Below, one piece after another: positions 30,268 through 40,259 of a stretch of DNA of 64,000 nucleotides. The position numbers and the translations under genes are program-made. Source of the DNA: Promethearchaeota archaeon (GTDB lineage: Archaea; Asgardarchaeota; Lokiarchaeia; Sigyniarchaeales; SOKP01); the NCBI GenBank assembly GCA_048938005.1, contig JBHLMQ010000008.1:17509-81508 (forward strand). The letters run 5' to 3'. Position 1 is the stretch's first letter. Each line of letters opens with the position of its first letter. Below the pieces are notes generated by a model, which saw only the letters and a list, made by a program, of their open reading frames with translations, did not search any database and was not told the DNA's origin.

Positions 30268-31920
30268 TTATTCTCTCATCTCTTTTGGAAGAGTTAAAAC
30301 CCCTGTAAGAGGATTATTTAATGGATCTTGGCAATATTGGATGGTAAAATAAATTAAATCATATAATATGCTTGGATTCTCTCCATTCTTTAATTTATAA
30401 TCATACAGGGAAAGTTGATACTCCGCCTCTGTTATTGGTGGTTCTGCATAAGAAACACTCCCAAAGACGGACTGAAGCAACGGTTTTAAGAATGGGCTAT
30501 ACAAGAACCCCAACTCTTTTAAAACATCTTTTAGATAGAAGAACATGCGTTGCACAGCCTGCATCATATATTTTACTGGCTGATTTTCAGGTCCTAAATA
30601 TTGTTCTGCAAATTCAGGATCGTATTGTGCAAGTTGTTCCCGTGTAATATTTTGAGGTCGGAATAAAGAAATCAATCCCCTCTCAATTGCCCCTTGACGA
30701 TTTATTGCAATTGTTTCGCTCCCCGCATCGGGTACCCAAATTCCCTTTTCTAATAATTTTCTTGCTTTATAACACATCGCCTGAATCAACATTCCAATTC
30801 CTATTCTTCGACAAATAGATATCTGTGCATCACTAATCCTAACTTCGATCGTACCCCAATCTGTGAAGGGAAATACATCTTGGAAGCGTCCATCCTCTAA
30901 ACTCGCTTTCTGAACAGTTTGGAGGAAATAATTTTGTGAATTCTGATCTGTGGAAGTTAAATAGGGTATATAATATTTTGGATTATTTCCACTTAACATT
31001 GTAGTATTATATTTCAATCTTAATGACCTAACGCAGTTAGGTGCGGTAATTCTTCCGTTAATAATTTTAACAACATCAGTCGGTTTATTATTTAAAATAG
31101 GTGAATTGCAGGTGAGAGCAATAATATGTGGTATAAAATTCCGTATCATACAATATGCTTGAACTTTTTCTATCTCAGATTGAAACGTTCCTAAATGACT
31201 ATGATCTGCTTGGGATACTCCTCGCATATATTCACGGGTTGCAGGATTTATCGCAGATGCGATTATATGTAAGTCTTTTGGTAGAGTAGCTTTTGCTAAT
31301 AAGAATAGAGTGCTTGCCCAATATGCTAATTCTTCAATATAAGCACAAGGTGGTGTTACAAGCTCTAATATATAAGTAATTGCCGTTACATTTCCATCTC
31401 TTGCAAAAGAATCAATATCGACAGAAGAATCTCCCAAAGCATAGCGTAAATTCATAGCATACCCCTTTTCTAGATCATCTCGACCCCAAGGTCTAGCTAA
31501 AACTTTTTGTCTAATATAGTCAGGAACGGGTAGAAAATCATCTCTCCCATCATATAGAATTTGATCCATAATTTTAATGGCGTCCTTTACAATTTCTTTC
31601 ATCCGAAAAACCATTTCTTCTCCAGGAGGATAATCTCCATTGTCATCGGCAATGATTAATTCCATTTCAATACCATGAGTGAATGGTAAAGGGGTCCAAT
31701 GTTCAGTATCCCAGAGCATCTCCGCCCATGGTCTTTCAGGGATATGAACTTCTCGATAATCTGTCCCTAGAAATAATTTATCACCTGATCTGTCTATGCT
31801 TTGTCCCAATGAAACACCAATCTTGCCTTTTTTAGCATATAACTGGGAAAAAGTATCAACTTTCTGTCCGGTTTTCTTTTTCTTCTTTTTCTCTTTCTTC
31901 TTTTTCTTATCTTTAGCCAT
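30268..31920 (-). CDS. Glutamate-cysteine ligase family 2 (GCS2/YbdK-like) carboxylate-amine ligase with poly-Lys N-terminus
   Basis: GIEMEL, LELVTPP, HSHLG, ALTCNSP, GTIEVRISD motifs. Confidence 0.8.
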   Translation of the reverse strand: MAKDKKKKKEKKKKKKTGQKVDTFSQLYAKKGKIGVSLGQSIDRSGDKLFLGTDYREVHIPERPWAEMLWDTEHWTPLPFTHGIEMELIIADDNGDYPPGEEMVFRMKEIVKDAIKIMDQILYDGRDDFLPVPDYIRQKVLARPWGRDDLEKGYAMNLRYALGDSSVDIDSFARDGNVTAITYILELVTPPCAYIEELAYWASTLFLLAKATLPKDLHIIASAINPATREYMRGVSQADHSHLGTFQSEIEKVQAYCMIRNFIPHIIALTCNSPILNNKPTDVVKIINGRITAPNCVRSLRLKYNTTMLSGNNPKYYIPYLTSTDQNSQNYFLQTVQKASLEDGRFQDVFPFTDWGTIEVRISDAQISICRRIGIGMLIQAMCYKARKLLEKGIWVPDAGSETIAINRQGAIERGLISLFRPQNITREQLAQYDPEFAEQYLGPENQPVKYMMQAVQRMFFYLKDVLKELGFLYSPFLKPLLQSVFGSVSYAEPPITEAEYQLSLYDYKLKNGENPSILYDLIYFTIQYCQDPLNNPLTGVLTLPKEMRE

Positions 31921-32044
31921 TGATGTGTTCCCTTTTTATTGCTCTACACTGTTTTCTAATATAATATATTCTTTTTTTCCTTTTTTTAACTTACAATATA
32001 AATAATAAATTCCTATTTTATAATTTTGGATTATTATCTTCATT

Positions 32045-33898
32045 TTAGAGTAATGATTGTATAAAAGCTTTAAATATGTCATAATCATTGATAAATTCGT
32101 AGGATAGAACTAAATTGATGATTTTACACTTGTCAGGGGGAAATATTTGTTTTAGATTATCAGAGATTGTACCACCTTTAAATAAAGAATCATCAAAAAT
32201 CAGATTAATGGTTTCTCCAAGCTTTTTAACTTTGGAGTAAAAAGATTTATCTAACTCATTGCCGTCTGAAACGATAACAGTAGGTTTCCCTAGATATGGA
32301 ATAAAATCTAAATTTATGACAAACACATGACCTGGAGCATTTCTTATGTTTTTGAAAAATTGCCTTAACGAATTAGTAAGTGTTTTTAACTCATTCTCAT
32401 TATAATTCTCCTTTGATGGAAAAACATAATATGCTATTGATTTATTTAATGAGTATTTTAAATCGTTGTATACACGATCTAGTATTGGAAAAATGCTAAA
32501 ATCAAAACCGAATAAGGATAAAAATGTAATATTAAATTTGAAATCATTTATAAGGATATTGCTACTTACATTTCCACCAGTTAAACTAAAATTTTTAATA
32601 TCATTATTGACAGTGGAAATATAAGTATTTAACAGGAAATATTGAGAAAAAACTACTTTAGATTCCATTTTTGTTCTAATTTCATCAACCATGACATAAA
32701 TTACATTGAATAAGTCCTTCGATATTTTTTCTTTAAGTTCTTGAATAGTTATATTTTTAATAATAGAATCTGCTTTTGTAGTACTATCAATTTCTGCAAG
32801 TGCATGGATTGCATTTTTAAGCAATTTATAACATAATTTCCTGAATTTTTTATTGGTGGAATATTGCTCAAATGATTTTATAGCTATTCCAATAATTGAG
32901 TTTAAGATATTAATTAATTCAGTTCTCGCATCTTCTTCGTACAATTTTTTTGCGATATTGAATAATGTTTTAGCTTTCAGAATACTATCATCAATATTCT
33001 CAATTAATTTTAGAGCTAATAAAGGATTTGATTCAATTATTTTACCAAAAATATTGATTAGAAGATTTTCTTTAATAGAAGGATTTTGAACTAGAATTCC
33101 GACTTTTACTGCCCGTTCTGGATTAATTTGTGCTTGATCTAATGCCAAAAATTTGAATAAATTTTGTTGAATATCTAAATCTTGTAAATTTTTAACTAAT
33201 TGAAGCATTTCATCAAAATTTTTAAAAGCATAGGCTCGAACTAAATTCATATAAAAAATAATTTGTTCATTCTTATCGGATAATATAAGTGCGAATTCTA
33301 AAGCTTTTAGTGGATTATTAATTGAGAGATAACCTTTTGCTAATTGTTTTATATATGCATCTATTTCTTTAAGTAGTTCAGGAGTCTTTGTATTTATAGA
33401 TTGTAATGAATTATAATTATTTTTCAGTGTTTTCAATTGTTCTTCTGCCTGTTTTATTACATCTTCGGTCATATCAATAAAAAATTCTTCTGGATTAAAT
33501 ATTTCAACCGTTTCTTTAGTACTAAAGGTATACCTTTCTAAAATTACCTTGATTTTACTAGTTTGGACAGTTTCTCTCACTTTTTGTACTTTAACTTTAT
33601 ACTCTATTACTTTAACCCAATATACATTAATATTTAATTTCCCAAAACCATCTGCAGTAGGTACTAATTTTATATCTATATTTTTGGCCTCTCCTGGACC
33701 AAATTTAATCTCATTTTTAAGATCTTCTGATTCGAATACAATTTCTAAGTTTTCTCCTTCAAAATTAAATTTAAAATTCTCTAATTTACCCGAATGGTTG
33801 ATTGCTTGAATTGAAATAGCATTATCAATATCTGGAATTAAAAGATTTTGGGGAAATTTGGTTATATTTAAAGAGATGATTTTGTCTGCGTTTGACAT
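32045..33898 (-). CDS. Hypothetical protein (Ig-like N-terminus, helical repeats, alpha/beta C-terminus)
   Basis: 617-aa clean ORF, same strand as the ligase; domain layout inferred by eye. Confidence 0.55.
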   Translation of the reverse strand: MSNADKIISLNITKFPQNLLIPDIDNAISIQAINHSGKLENFKFNFEGENLEIVFESEDLKNEIKFGPGEAKNIDIKLVPTADGFGKLNINVYWVKVIEYKVKVQKVRETVQTSKIKVILERYTFSTKETVEIFNPEEFFIDMTEDVIKQAEEQLKTLKNNYNSLQSINTKTPELLKEIDAYIKQLAKGYLSINNPLKALEFALILSDKNEQIIFYMNLVRAYAFKNFDEMLQLVKNLQDLDIQQNLFKFLALDQAQINPERAVKVGILVQNPSIKENLLINIFGKIIESNPLLALKLIENIDDSILKAKTLFNIAKKLYEEDARTELINILNSIIGIAIKSFEQYSTNKKFRKLCYKLLKNAIHALAEIDSTTKADSIIKNITIQELKEKISKDLFNVIYVMVDEIRTKMESKVVFSQYFLLNTYISTVNNDIKNFSLTGGNVSSNILINDFKFNITFLSLFGFDFSIFPILDRVYNDLKYSLNKSIAYYVFPSKENYNENELKTLTNSLRQFFKNIRNAPGHVFVINLDFIPYLGKPTVIVSDGNELDKSFYSKVKKLGETINLIFDDSLFKGGTISDNLKQIFPPDKCKIINLVLSYEFINDYDIFKAFIQSLL

Positions 33899-34020
33899 AT
33901 TTTAAGTGTTAATTTTGTTCGTTTGACTTATAATGATTCAAATATCTTATTACTTTTTAGGTTTAATAATTATTAACGAGTTATTTATTATAGATTTAAA
34001 TAATAAAATAAAATGAAGAT

Positions 34021-34758
34021 TTATCGTCCCATTCGTCTATTTCTTCTAATATAATCTTGTAAATCTTCAATAACCATTTCTTTATTATAATCAGGCCATA
34101 ATTCATTTCTAAATTTGAATTCAGCATAAGAAGAATCCCACAATAAAAATCCTGAGATTCTTGCTCCATCATCCATCCCAGTTCTAATTATATAATCTAA
34201 TGGAGGGAAATTTTTTGTGTAGAGATATGTTTTAATCAAATCTGTATTGATACCTTCTGGTTTAATACCATCATTGATTATCTTTTTGACAGCATCAACG
34301 ATTTCTTCATGACCATCATACATAATACAAAGATTTATAAAATTTTGATCGTGATCCTCGGTAAATTCTATCAATTCTTCAATTTTCTTCCTTGCTTTCG
34401 GTGGTAGCATTGAAATTCGCCCAATAGCACTGAACTTAACTTTTTCTTCTTTAACAATTGATTCAGTTATAACAGTATCAACAGCTTTAACCATTATCTT
34501 GTAAATATATTCAAGCTCTTTAAGATTGCGTTTCCTCACATTTTCAAGTGATAAAATATATAAACTTAAATAATGGATCCCGGCATCAAAAAAATCAAAT
34601 AATCTTTTTTTTAGGTTCTCATAACCAACTAGATGACCTAAGTTGACATCAAGGTTTCTTTTTTTTGCCCATCGACGATTACCATCGATAATCAGTCCGA
34701 TATGCTTTGGTAGCTTATCTTTTGCTGTTCTTTTTAATTCTTCTAAAGTAGTTTCCAT
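34021..34758 (-). CDS. uppS: cis-prenyltransferase (polyprenyl/undecaprenyl diphosphate synthase)
   Basis: PKHIGLIIDGNRRWA, SLEN, IIRTG...RISGFLLW. Confidence 0.95.
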   Translation of the reverse strand: METTLEELKRTAKDKLPKHIGLIIDGNRRWAKKRNLDVNLGHLVGYENLKKRLFDFFDAGIHYLSLYILSLENVRKRNLKELEYIYKIMVKAVDTVITESIVKEEKVKFSAIGRISMLPPKARKKIEELIEFTEDHDQNFINLCIMYDGHEEIVDAVKKIINDGIKPEGINTDLIKTYLYTKNFPPLDYIIRTGMDDGARISGFLLWDSSYAEFKFRNELWPDYNKEMVIEDLQDYIRRNRRMGR

Positions 34759-35164
34759 CTAACCCATTACATTATTGTAATATTTTCAATATTAATATTA
34801 AATATTAAAAATATTAATTTTATCTAAAAATTTCAGAGAACTATTATTAATCAATCTTTTTATCTCTAATTAAAAAGGGAAATATCTCCCATTTCTCTTA
34901 TATTCCATGCAAATTTGATGATTAATGATCCTGCTTTTAAATTCTTAATGTTTACAAAAGAATGATAATAATACTCTTAACAATTAACACTTATAAGAAT
35001 TTGAACTGTTGAAAATATTAATTTGTTGAGAAGTTTTAAATAATTACTTGTACTGAAAAATATAAAATTTATATAAATAACTTTTTGAATAAATAAAAAT
35101 TACATATAATTATTCATTTTTTCATTAGGATAAGGAAAAATTAGCACATTGAGAGACACGGTAA

Positions 35165-36841
35165 ATGCTTTCTAACGAGTATCTATTTTCGGACATTGGA
35201 ATTGATTCAGTTTCTTTTTATACTACAAGGTCATATGTCGATCTTCATGAACTCGCATTAGAAAGAAAGGTGGATCCTGCAAAATATGCTAAGGGATTAT
35301 TATCAAAAGAAATAAGAATAGCCGAGATCGACGAAGATATTATTTCGCTTGGATTAAAAGCAGGATATAATGCTTTATTAAGAGGCAGTATCTCTCCTAA
35401 AAGTATAGATGCACTTTTTGTTGGTACTGAAACAGAAGTATATGCTGCTAAATCAGTTTCTAATATTTTTGCTGAGATGTTAGAAATATCATCTAATTCA
35501 TTGACTCAGGATATCTACAACGCCTGTGCTGGGGGGACATTAGCAATTCTCAATGCGATCGCTTTAATTGAAAAAGAAATTATAAAAAAAGCTCTCATTA
35601 TAAGCACAGATATCTCTTCATACCATCTTGGTTCCCCAGGTGAACCAACACAAGGATCAGGTGCTATTGGCCTTATTATCTCGAAAAATCCTAGAATAGC
35701 TAGATTTAGTAAAAAATTTGGAAAAGTTTCAGGAAATGTTAATGACTTTTTTAGACCTGCAAATGATAAAAATGCAAGAGCGTTTGGTAGATATTCTCAA
35801 GATGCATATATTAAATTCCAGCTTGGTGCCTATGATGACCTAATTAGAAATATTGGCGATTTTAATGCAGATTTTTATACTTTTCATGCCCCATATTCCA
35901 AACTTCCCCTTAAAACAATGCAACAAATAATCCTAAAACGCTGGATTAAACATATAAATGAGTTACCTAAATTTGAGAAAAAGCAGATTAGATCATCTAT
36001 ACTCAAGAAGATTGATCGTTTTTTACATGATGTTACAGTTTTACCAGAATATCTTTATTTAAAATTAAAAGAAAGAGGATTTAGTTCCCCCCTATTAGAG
36101 AGATTTTCATATTGGGTTAATACAAATGTAAAGGAAAGGGTACTTCCTCAATTAAATGTCCCAATGCATTTTGGAAACATGTATAACGCTTCACTCTGGG
36201 CTCAAATTATATACCTTCTAGAAAATCATGCTCGTGTTAATGATACAATTTATTTTGGTTCATACGGCTCGGGAGCGACTTGTATTTCTGGTCTTTTAAA
36301 AGTTCAAGACAGATTTGAAGAAATCGTCCGAAAAGGGCCTCATATTGATGATTTTATATCTCTCAAGAAGAGAAAAAGCGTTCAAGAATACGAACTAATA
36401 AAGAATGGTATTACTAAACCAGAAATATTATTAGGACGTATTATAGAACATGAACAAAACAATAATAGAGGATTTACACTTCATTTTTGTGATGAGGGGT
36501 GTCTTCTCCCTAATATAAAGGGTTTAAATAACTGCCCGAAAGGGCATTCGGGATATCATAAGAGATTTTTCCCTCTTTTTGCGAAATTAAATAGTGATCC
36601 AATAGTTCATACAGATAATAATGACCTAAAATATTTAAAAGAAGGGTTGGTAAGAGTAGCTAGTAATGTAAAAAAAGGGGCTTCTTTAGAATATGAAATA
36701 CGGAGGGTTGAGAATGAAAAGGAAGAGAATTTTAATGCAAAAGGATTGTTAAATTGGAGCCCTATATATATTCCGATACCCGAGAAATTTTTAGTAAAAA
36801 GAAATGATCAAATCCAAGATCTTGCTATCCCTCATCTATAA
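35165..36841 (+). CDS. mvaS: Hydroxymethylglutaryl-CoA synthase with C-terminal Cys/His extension
   Basis: GTET, NACAGG (catalytic Cys), GEPTQGSGA, FHAPY, GNMYNAS, GSYGSG. Confidence 0.88.
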   Translation: MLSNEYLFSDIGIDSVSFYTTRSYVDLHELALERKVDPAKYAKGLLSKEIRIAEIDEDIISLGLKAGYNALLRGSISPKSIDALFVGTETEVYAAKSVSNIFAEMLEISSNSLTQDIYNACAGGTLAILNAIALIEKEIIKKALIISTDISSYHLGSPGEPTQGSGAIGLIISKNPRIARFSKKFGKVSGNVNDFFRPANDKNARAFGRYSQDAYIKFQLGAYDDLIRNIGDFNADFYTFHAPYSKLPLKTMQQIILKRWIKHINELPKFEKKQIRSSILKKIDRFLHDVTVLPEYLYLKLKERGFSSPLLERFSYWVNTNVKERVLPQLNVPMHFGNMYNASLWAQIIYLLENHARVNDTIYFGSYGSGATCISGLLKVQDRFEEIVRKGPHIDDFISLKKRKSVQEYELIKNGITKPEILLGRIIEHEQNNNRGFTLHFCDEGCLLPNIKGLNNCPKGHSGYHKRFFPLFAKLNSDPIVHTDNNDLKYLKEGLVRVASNVKKGASLEYEIRRVENEKEENFNAKGLLNWSPIYIPIPEKFLVKRNDQIQDLAIPHL

Positions 36842-36875
36842 TGATAAGAAATATTAAATGAAATTCGCATTCCAC

Positions 36876-37436
36876 CTATTTATTTCCCCATCTTTTAATA
36901 TCACTTTCTATTCCGAATTGATCTAGAATTCGACCAACAGTATGATCAATAAGTTCATCAACGGATTCTGGTTTAATATAATAAGAAGGAACAGGTGGTG
37001 CAATTACAACATCTAACCTAGCTAATTTAAGCATATTTTCTAAATGTATTGGACTTAGTGGACTCTCTCTTACAATTAGAATTAATTTTCTTTTCTCTTT
37101 AATGGTTACATCTGCAGCTCTAGTAATTAAGTTATTAGAATAACCATTAGCTATAGCTGATAAAGTTTTCATAGTGCAGGGAACAATAATCATGCCATCA
37201 ATTTTATGCGAGCCACTAGCAGGTGGAGCAGTTAAATCATTGACATCATAATAAATTGAAGCTAACTGTTGAAGATCAGTAATTTTGATATTAGATTCAC
37301 TTAAGATTACTTGTTCAGCTGCTTTAGATATAATTAATGCGGTTTCAATATTTTTTTCTTTTAAAATATTTAATAATCTAACGGTAACTAATATACCTGA
37401 AGCTCCAGTTATCGCAATAAGAATCAAAATTCTCAC
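36876..37436 (-). CDS. ubiX: Flavin prenyltransferase
   Basis: AITGASG, PPASGS, PCTMKTL, RAADVTIKEKR, RESPL. Confidence 0.95.
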   Translation of the reverse strand: MRILILIAITGASGILVTVRLLNILKEKNIETALIISKAAEQVILSESNIKITDLQQLASIYYDVNDLTAPPASGSHKIDGMIIVPCTMKTLSAIANGYSNNLITRAADVTIKEKRKLILIVRESPLSPIHLENMLKLARLDVVIAPPVPSYYIKPESVDELIDHTVGRILDQFGIESDIKRWGNK

Positions 37437-37554
37437 AGATATTTGATTGTAAATTTAAATTTCTTATAAGTATTAATTAATTAGGAATAATAATTATTTT
37501 TTGTATTAATTTTAAAAATGTATAAAAAATAATTCTCTACAAAGATAAAATTAA

Positions 37555-38844
37555 TTGTTAATTATGAATGGATATAATTCTGAAATTTCTGGTTTTTATA
37601 AACTTTCAATAGAAAAACGCAGAGAACTTTTATCTAAGCTTATTAAGTTTTCTGAAAATGATAGAAAGATTCTGGAGAACATAGGATATTTTACAGAAAC
37701 TCAAATTGATACTTTAATTGAGAATGTAATTGGTTCCTATCAATTACCAATTGGAATTGCTTGTAATTTCAAAGTAAACAATAAAGATTATTTAATTCCT
37801 ATGGTTATTGAAGAACCTTCTGTTGTTGCAGCAGCCTCAAATGCTGCAAAAATAGCTAGAAAACATGGAGGATTTCAATCTGAAAACGTTAAATCTGTAA
37901 TGATATCTCAAATTCAGATAACTAACTTAAAAGATAGAGAATCTGCCAAAATCAAATTAGAAGAAAATAAGGAAATTATTTTAAAAAAAGCAAATGAAAA
38001 GGATCCGCTCCTAATAAAATTAGGTGGAGGAGCTTTTGATCTTGAAATTCGAGAGCTAACAACTAGAAAAGGAGAAATGTTGATTCTTCATTTATTAGTT
38101 GATGTTTTAGATGCAATGGGAGCGAATGTGGTAAATACTATGGCTGAAACTGTTAGCCCATATATAGAAGAAGTATCTGGAGGTAAGATATATCTTAGAA
38201 TTGTATCCAATTTAGCAACCCATCGAATAGCAAAAAGTAAAGCGACTTTTGATAAGGAATTATTAGGTGGAAAAGAAGTTGTAGAAGGTATATTAAATGC
38301 ATATGAGTTTGCACTGGCAGATCCTTATAGAGCCACAACTCATAATAAAGGTATTATGAACGGAATTATAGCTTTAACAATGGCTACAGGAAATGATACG
38401 CGAGCTATTGAATCTGGAGCTCATGCATATGCTGCATTGAGTGGACAATATTCTCCATTAACCAAATATCAAGTTGATTCAGATGGAAATTTAGTAGGAG
38501 AAATAGAGATACCTCTTGCACTTGGCATTATTGGAGGTATGACTAAAATACATCCGATGGCCCGAATTACCTTGAAGATTTTAAACGTTAAAAGTGCTAA
38601 TGAGCTTTCCCAAGTTGCTGCTGCTCTCGGATTGGCTCAGAATGTAGCTGCTCTAAGAGCCTTAGCTTCAGAGGGAATTCAGAAGGGGCATATGACTCTA
38701 CATTCGAGAAATATTGCAAAACTTGCAGGAGTACCAGAAGAATTAATAGAAAAAGTTGCTAAGAAATTAGTAGAAGATAAAAAAATTAGAGTAGATTATG
38801 CGAAAGAAATTTTACAAAGAATAGTTAATAATGAAAACCTTTAG
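37555..38844 (+). CDS. mvaA: HMG-CoA reductase, class II
   Basis: IENVIG, EEPSVVAA, DAMGAN, ATTHNKGIMNG, GIQKGHM. Confidence 0.95.
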   Translation: MLIMNGYNSEISGFYKLSIEKRRELLSKLIKFSENDRKILENIGYFTETQIDTLIENVIGSYQLPIGIACNFKVNNKDYLIPMVIEEPSVVAAASNAAKIARKHGGFQSENVKSVMISQIQITNLKDRESAKIKLEENKEIILKKANEKDPLLIKLGGGAFDLEIRELTTRKGEMLILHLLVDVLDAMGANVVNTMAETVSPYIEEVSGGKIYLRIVSNLATHRIAKSKATFDKELLGGKEVVEGILNAYEFALADPYRATTHNKGIMNGIIALTMATGNDTRAIESGAHAYAALSGQYSPLTKYQVDSDGNLVGEIEIPLALGIIGGMTKIHPMARITLKILNVKSANELSQVAAALGLAQNVAALRALASEGIQKGHMTLHSRNIAKLAGVPEELIEKVAKKLVEDKKIRVDYAKEILQRIVNNENL

Positions 38845-38936
38845 TTTTATAAAATTTGTTTCTGTAACTCCTCTAAACATATAATATTATAGATGTTTAT
38901 ATTAATGGAAATAACTCTTTAAGATGAATGTAACTT

Positions 38937-40259
38937 ATGGGATTTCGAGAATATATAAATCAAATTGATGAGAAAAATCTTCTTCGAAAGGTAGATATTG
39001 AAGTATCGAAGAAATTAGAGATTTCTGGAATTTTAAAAAAGATTGAACCAACACCAGTAATTTTTAATAATGTTAAAGAATCCGAGTTTCGCGTTGTTGG
39101 CAATGTCTTTTGTACTAAGAATGTGATTGCGTCATACTTCGGCGTTACTCCAGCAGATCTTATACCAATGCTTTCAAACGCAATTTCTAATCATTCTAAA
39201 CCGGAGATTATTTCAAATGCGTCTTGCCAAGAAGTGATCGAATCAAATGTGGATTTAGATAAATTTCCGATATTATTCCACTGTGAAAAAGATGGTGGAA
39301 ATTATATCAGTTCTGCTGTTGTTATTACTAGAGATCCTGATTATGGACAAAATATGGATTTTCATCGCGCAATGCAGTTTTCCAAAGAAAAATTTTCTAC
39401 TCGAATAGTTAGTGGTCGTCATTTCCATCAATTTTTAGAAAAAAACGATGAATTAGATGTAGCATTTTGTATAGGAAATACTCCTAACATTTTAATTGCT
39501 GGTGCAACTTCTGTAGATATTGGTATTGATGAATTAGAAATAGCAAACGCATTAGAACCTATTAAAATTGTTAAGGCAAATTCAGTTGATCTTTTAATTC
39601 CGGCAGAAGCAGAATTTGTGTTAGAAGGTCGTGTTTATAAGGAAGAGAAACATCCTGAGGGACCATTTGTCGATTTAACTGAAACTTACGATATGGTCAG
39701 GGAAGAACCAGTTTTTGAAGTGAAAAAAATTACTCATAGAGAGGACGCCATTTGGCAAGCTTTATTACCTGGTGCGCTTGAGCACAAAATTTTGATGGGC
39801 ATGCCTCGAGAACCTACTATTTTCAATAAGGTAAATGAAATGGGTGTTAATTGCCTTGATGTCAATATTAGTCCTGGTGGGTCTTCTTGGTTACATGCAA
39901 TAGTTCAAATAGATAAAAGATCAGAAGAAGATGGGAAAAAAGCAATAGAGGGGACCTTTATGGGCCATACAAGCTGTAAACATGCTTTTATTGTTGATAA
40001 AGATATTAATATTTATGATCCTTTATCTGTAGAATGGGCGATGGCGACTCGTTTTCAAGGAGATACCAGAATGGTTATTAAAGATAAAGAGCCAGGGAGT
40101 AGTTTAGATCCAAGTGCGGAACCGGGAACAAAGATGACTACGAAAATTGGTTTTGATTTAACTAAGCCACTTATAGTCAAAGGAAAGAGTTTTGAAATAG
40201 CAGAATTTCCAAAAGTCAATATTAACAAATATTTTTTAGATGAGGTAAGGGAAGAATGA
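38937..40259 (+). CDS. UbiD-family decarboxylase (probable trans-anhydromevalonate 5-phosphate decarboxylase)
   Basis: DGGNYI, EGPFVDLT, WAMATRFQG, SSLDPS; context with ubiX and AcnX. Confidence 0.88.
   Translation: MGFREYINQIDEKNLLRKVDIEVSKKLEISGILKKIEPTPVIFNNVKESEFRVVGNVFCTKNVIASYFGVTPADLIPMLSNAISNHSKPEIISNASCQEVIESNVDLDKFPILFHCEKDGGNYISSAVVITRDPDYGQNMDFHRAMQFSKEKFSTRIVSGRHFHQFLEKNDELDVAFCIGNTPNILIAGATSVDIGIDELEIANALEPIKIVKANSVDLLIPAEAEFVLEGRVYKEEKHPEGPFVDLTETYDMVREEPVFEVKKITHREDAIWQALLPGALEHKILMGMPREPTIFNKVNEMGVNCLDVNISPGGSSWLHAIVQIDKRSEEDGKKAIEGTFMGHTSCKHAFIVDKDINIYDPLSVEWAMATRFQGDTRMVIKDKEPGSSLDPSAEPGTKMTTKIGFDLTKPLIVKGKSFEIAEFPKVNINKYFLDEVREE

Noticed and set aside
34860-34960. Possible gene remnant between uppS and HMG-CoA synthase
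   Set aside because: Only ~30 open codons with no convincing start or motif; cannot be supported.
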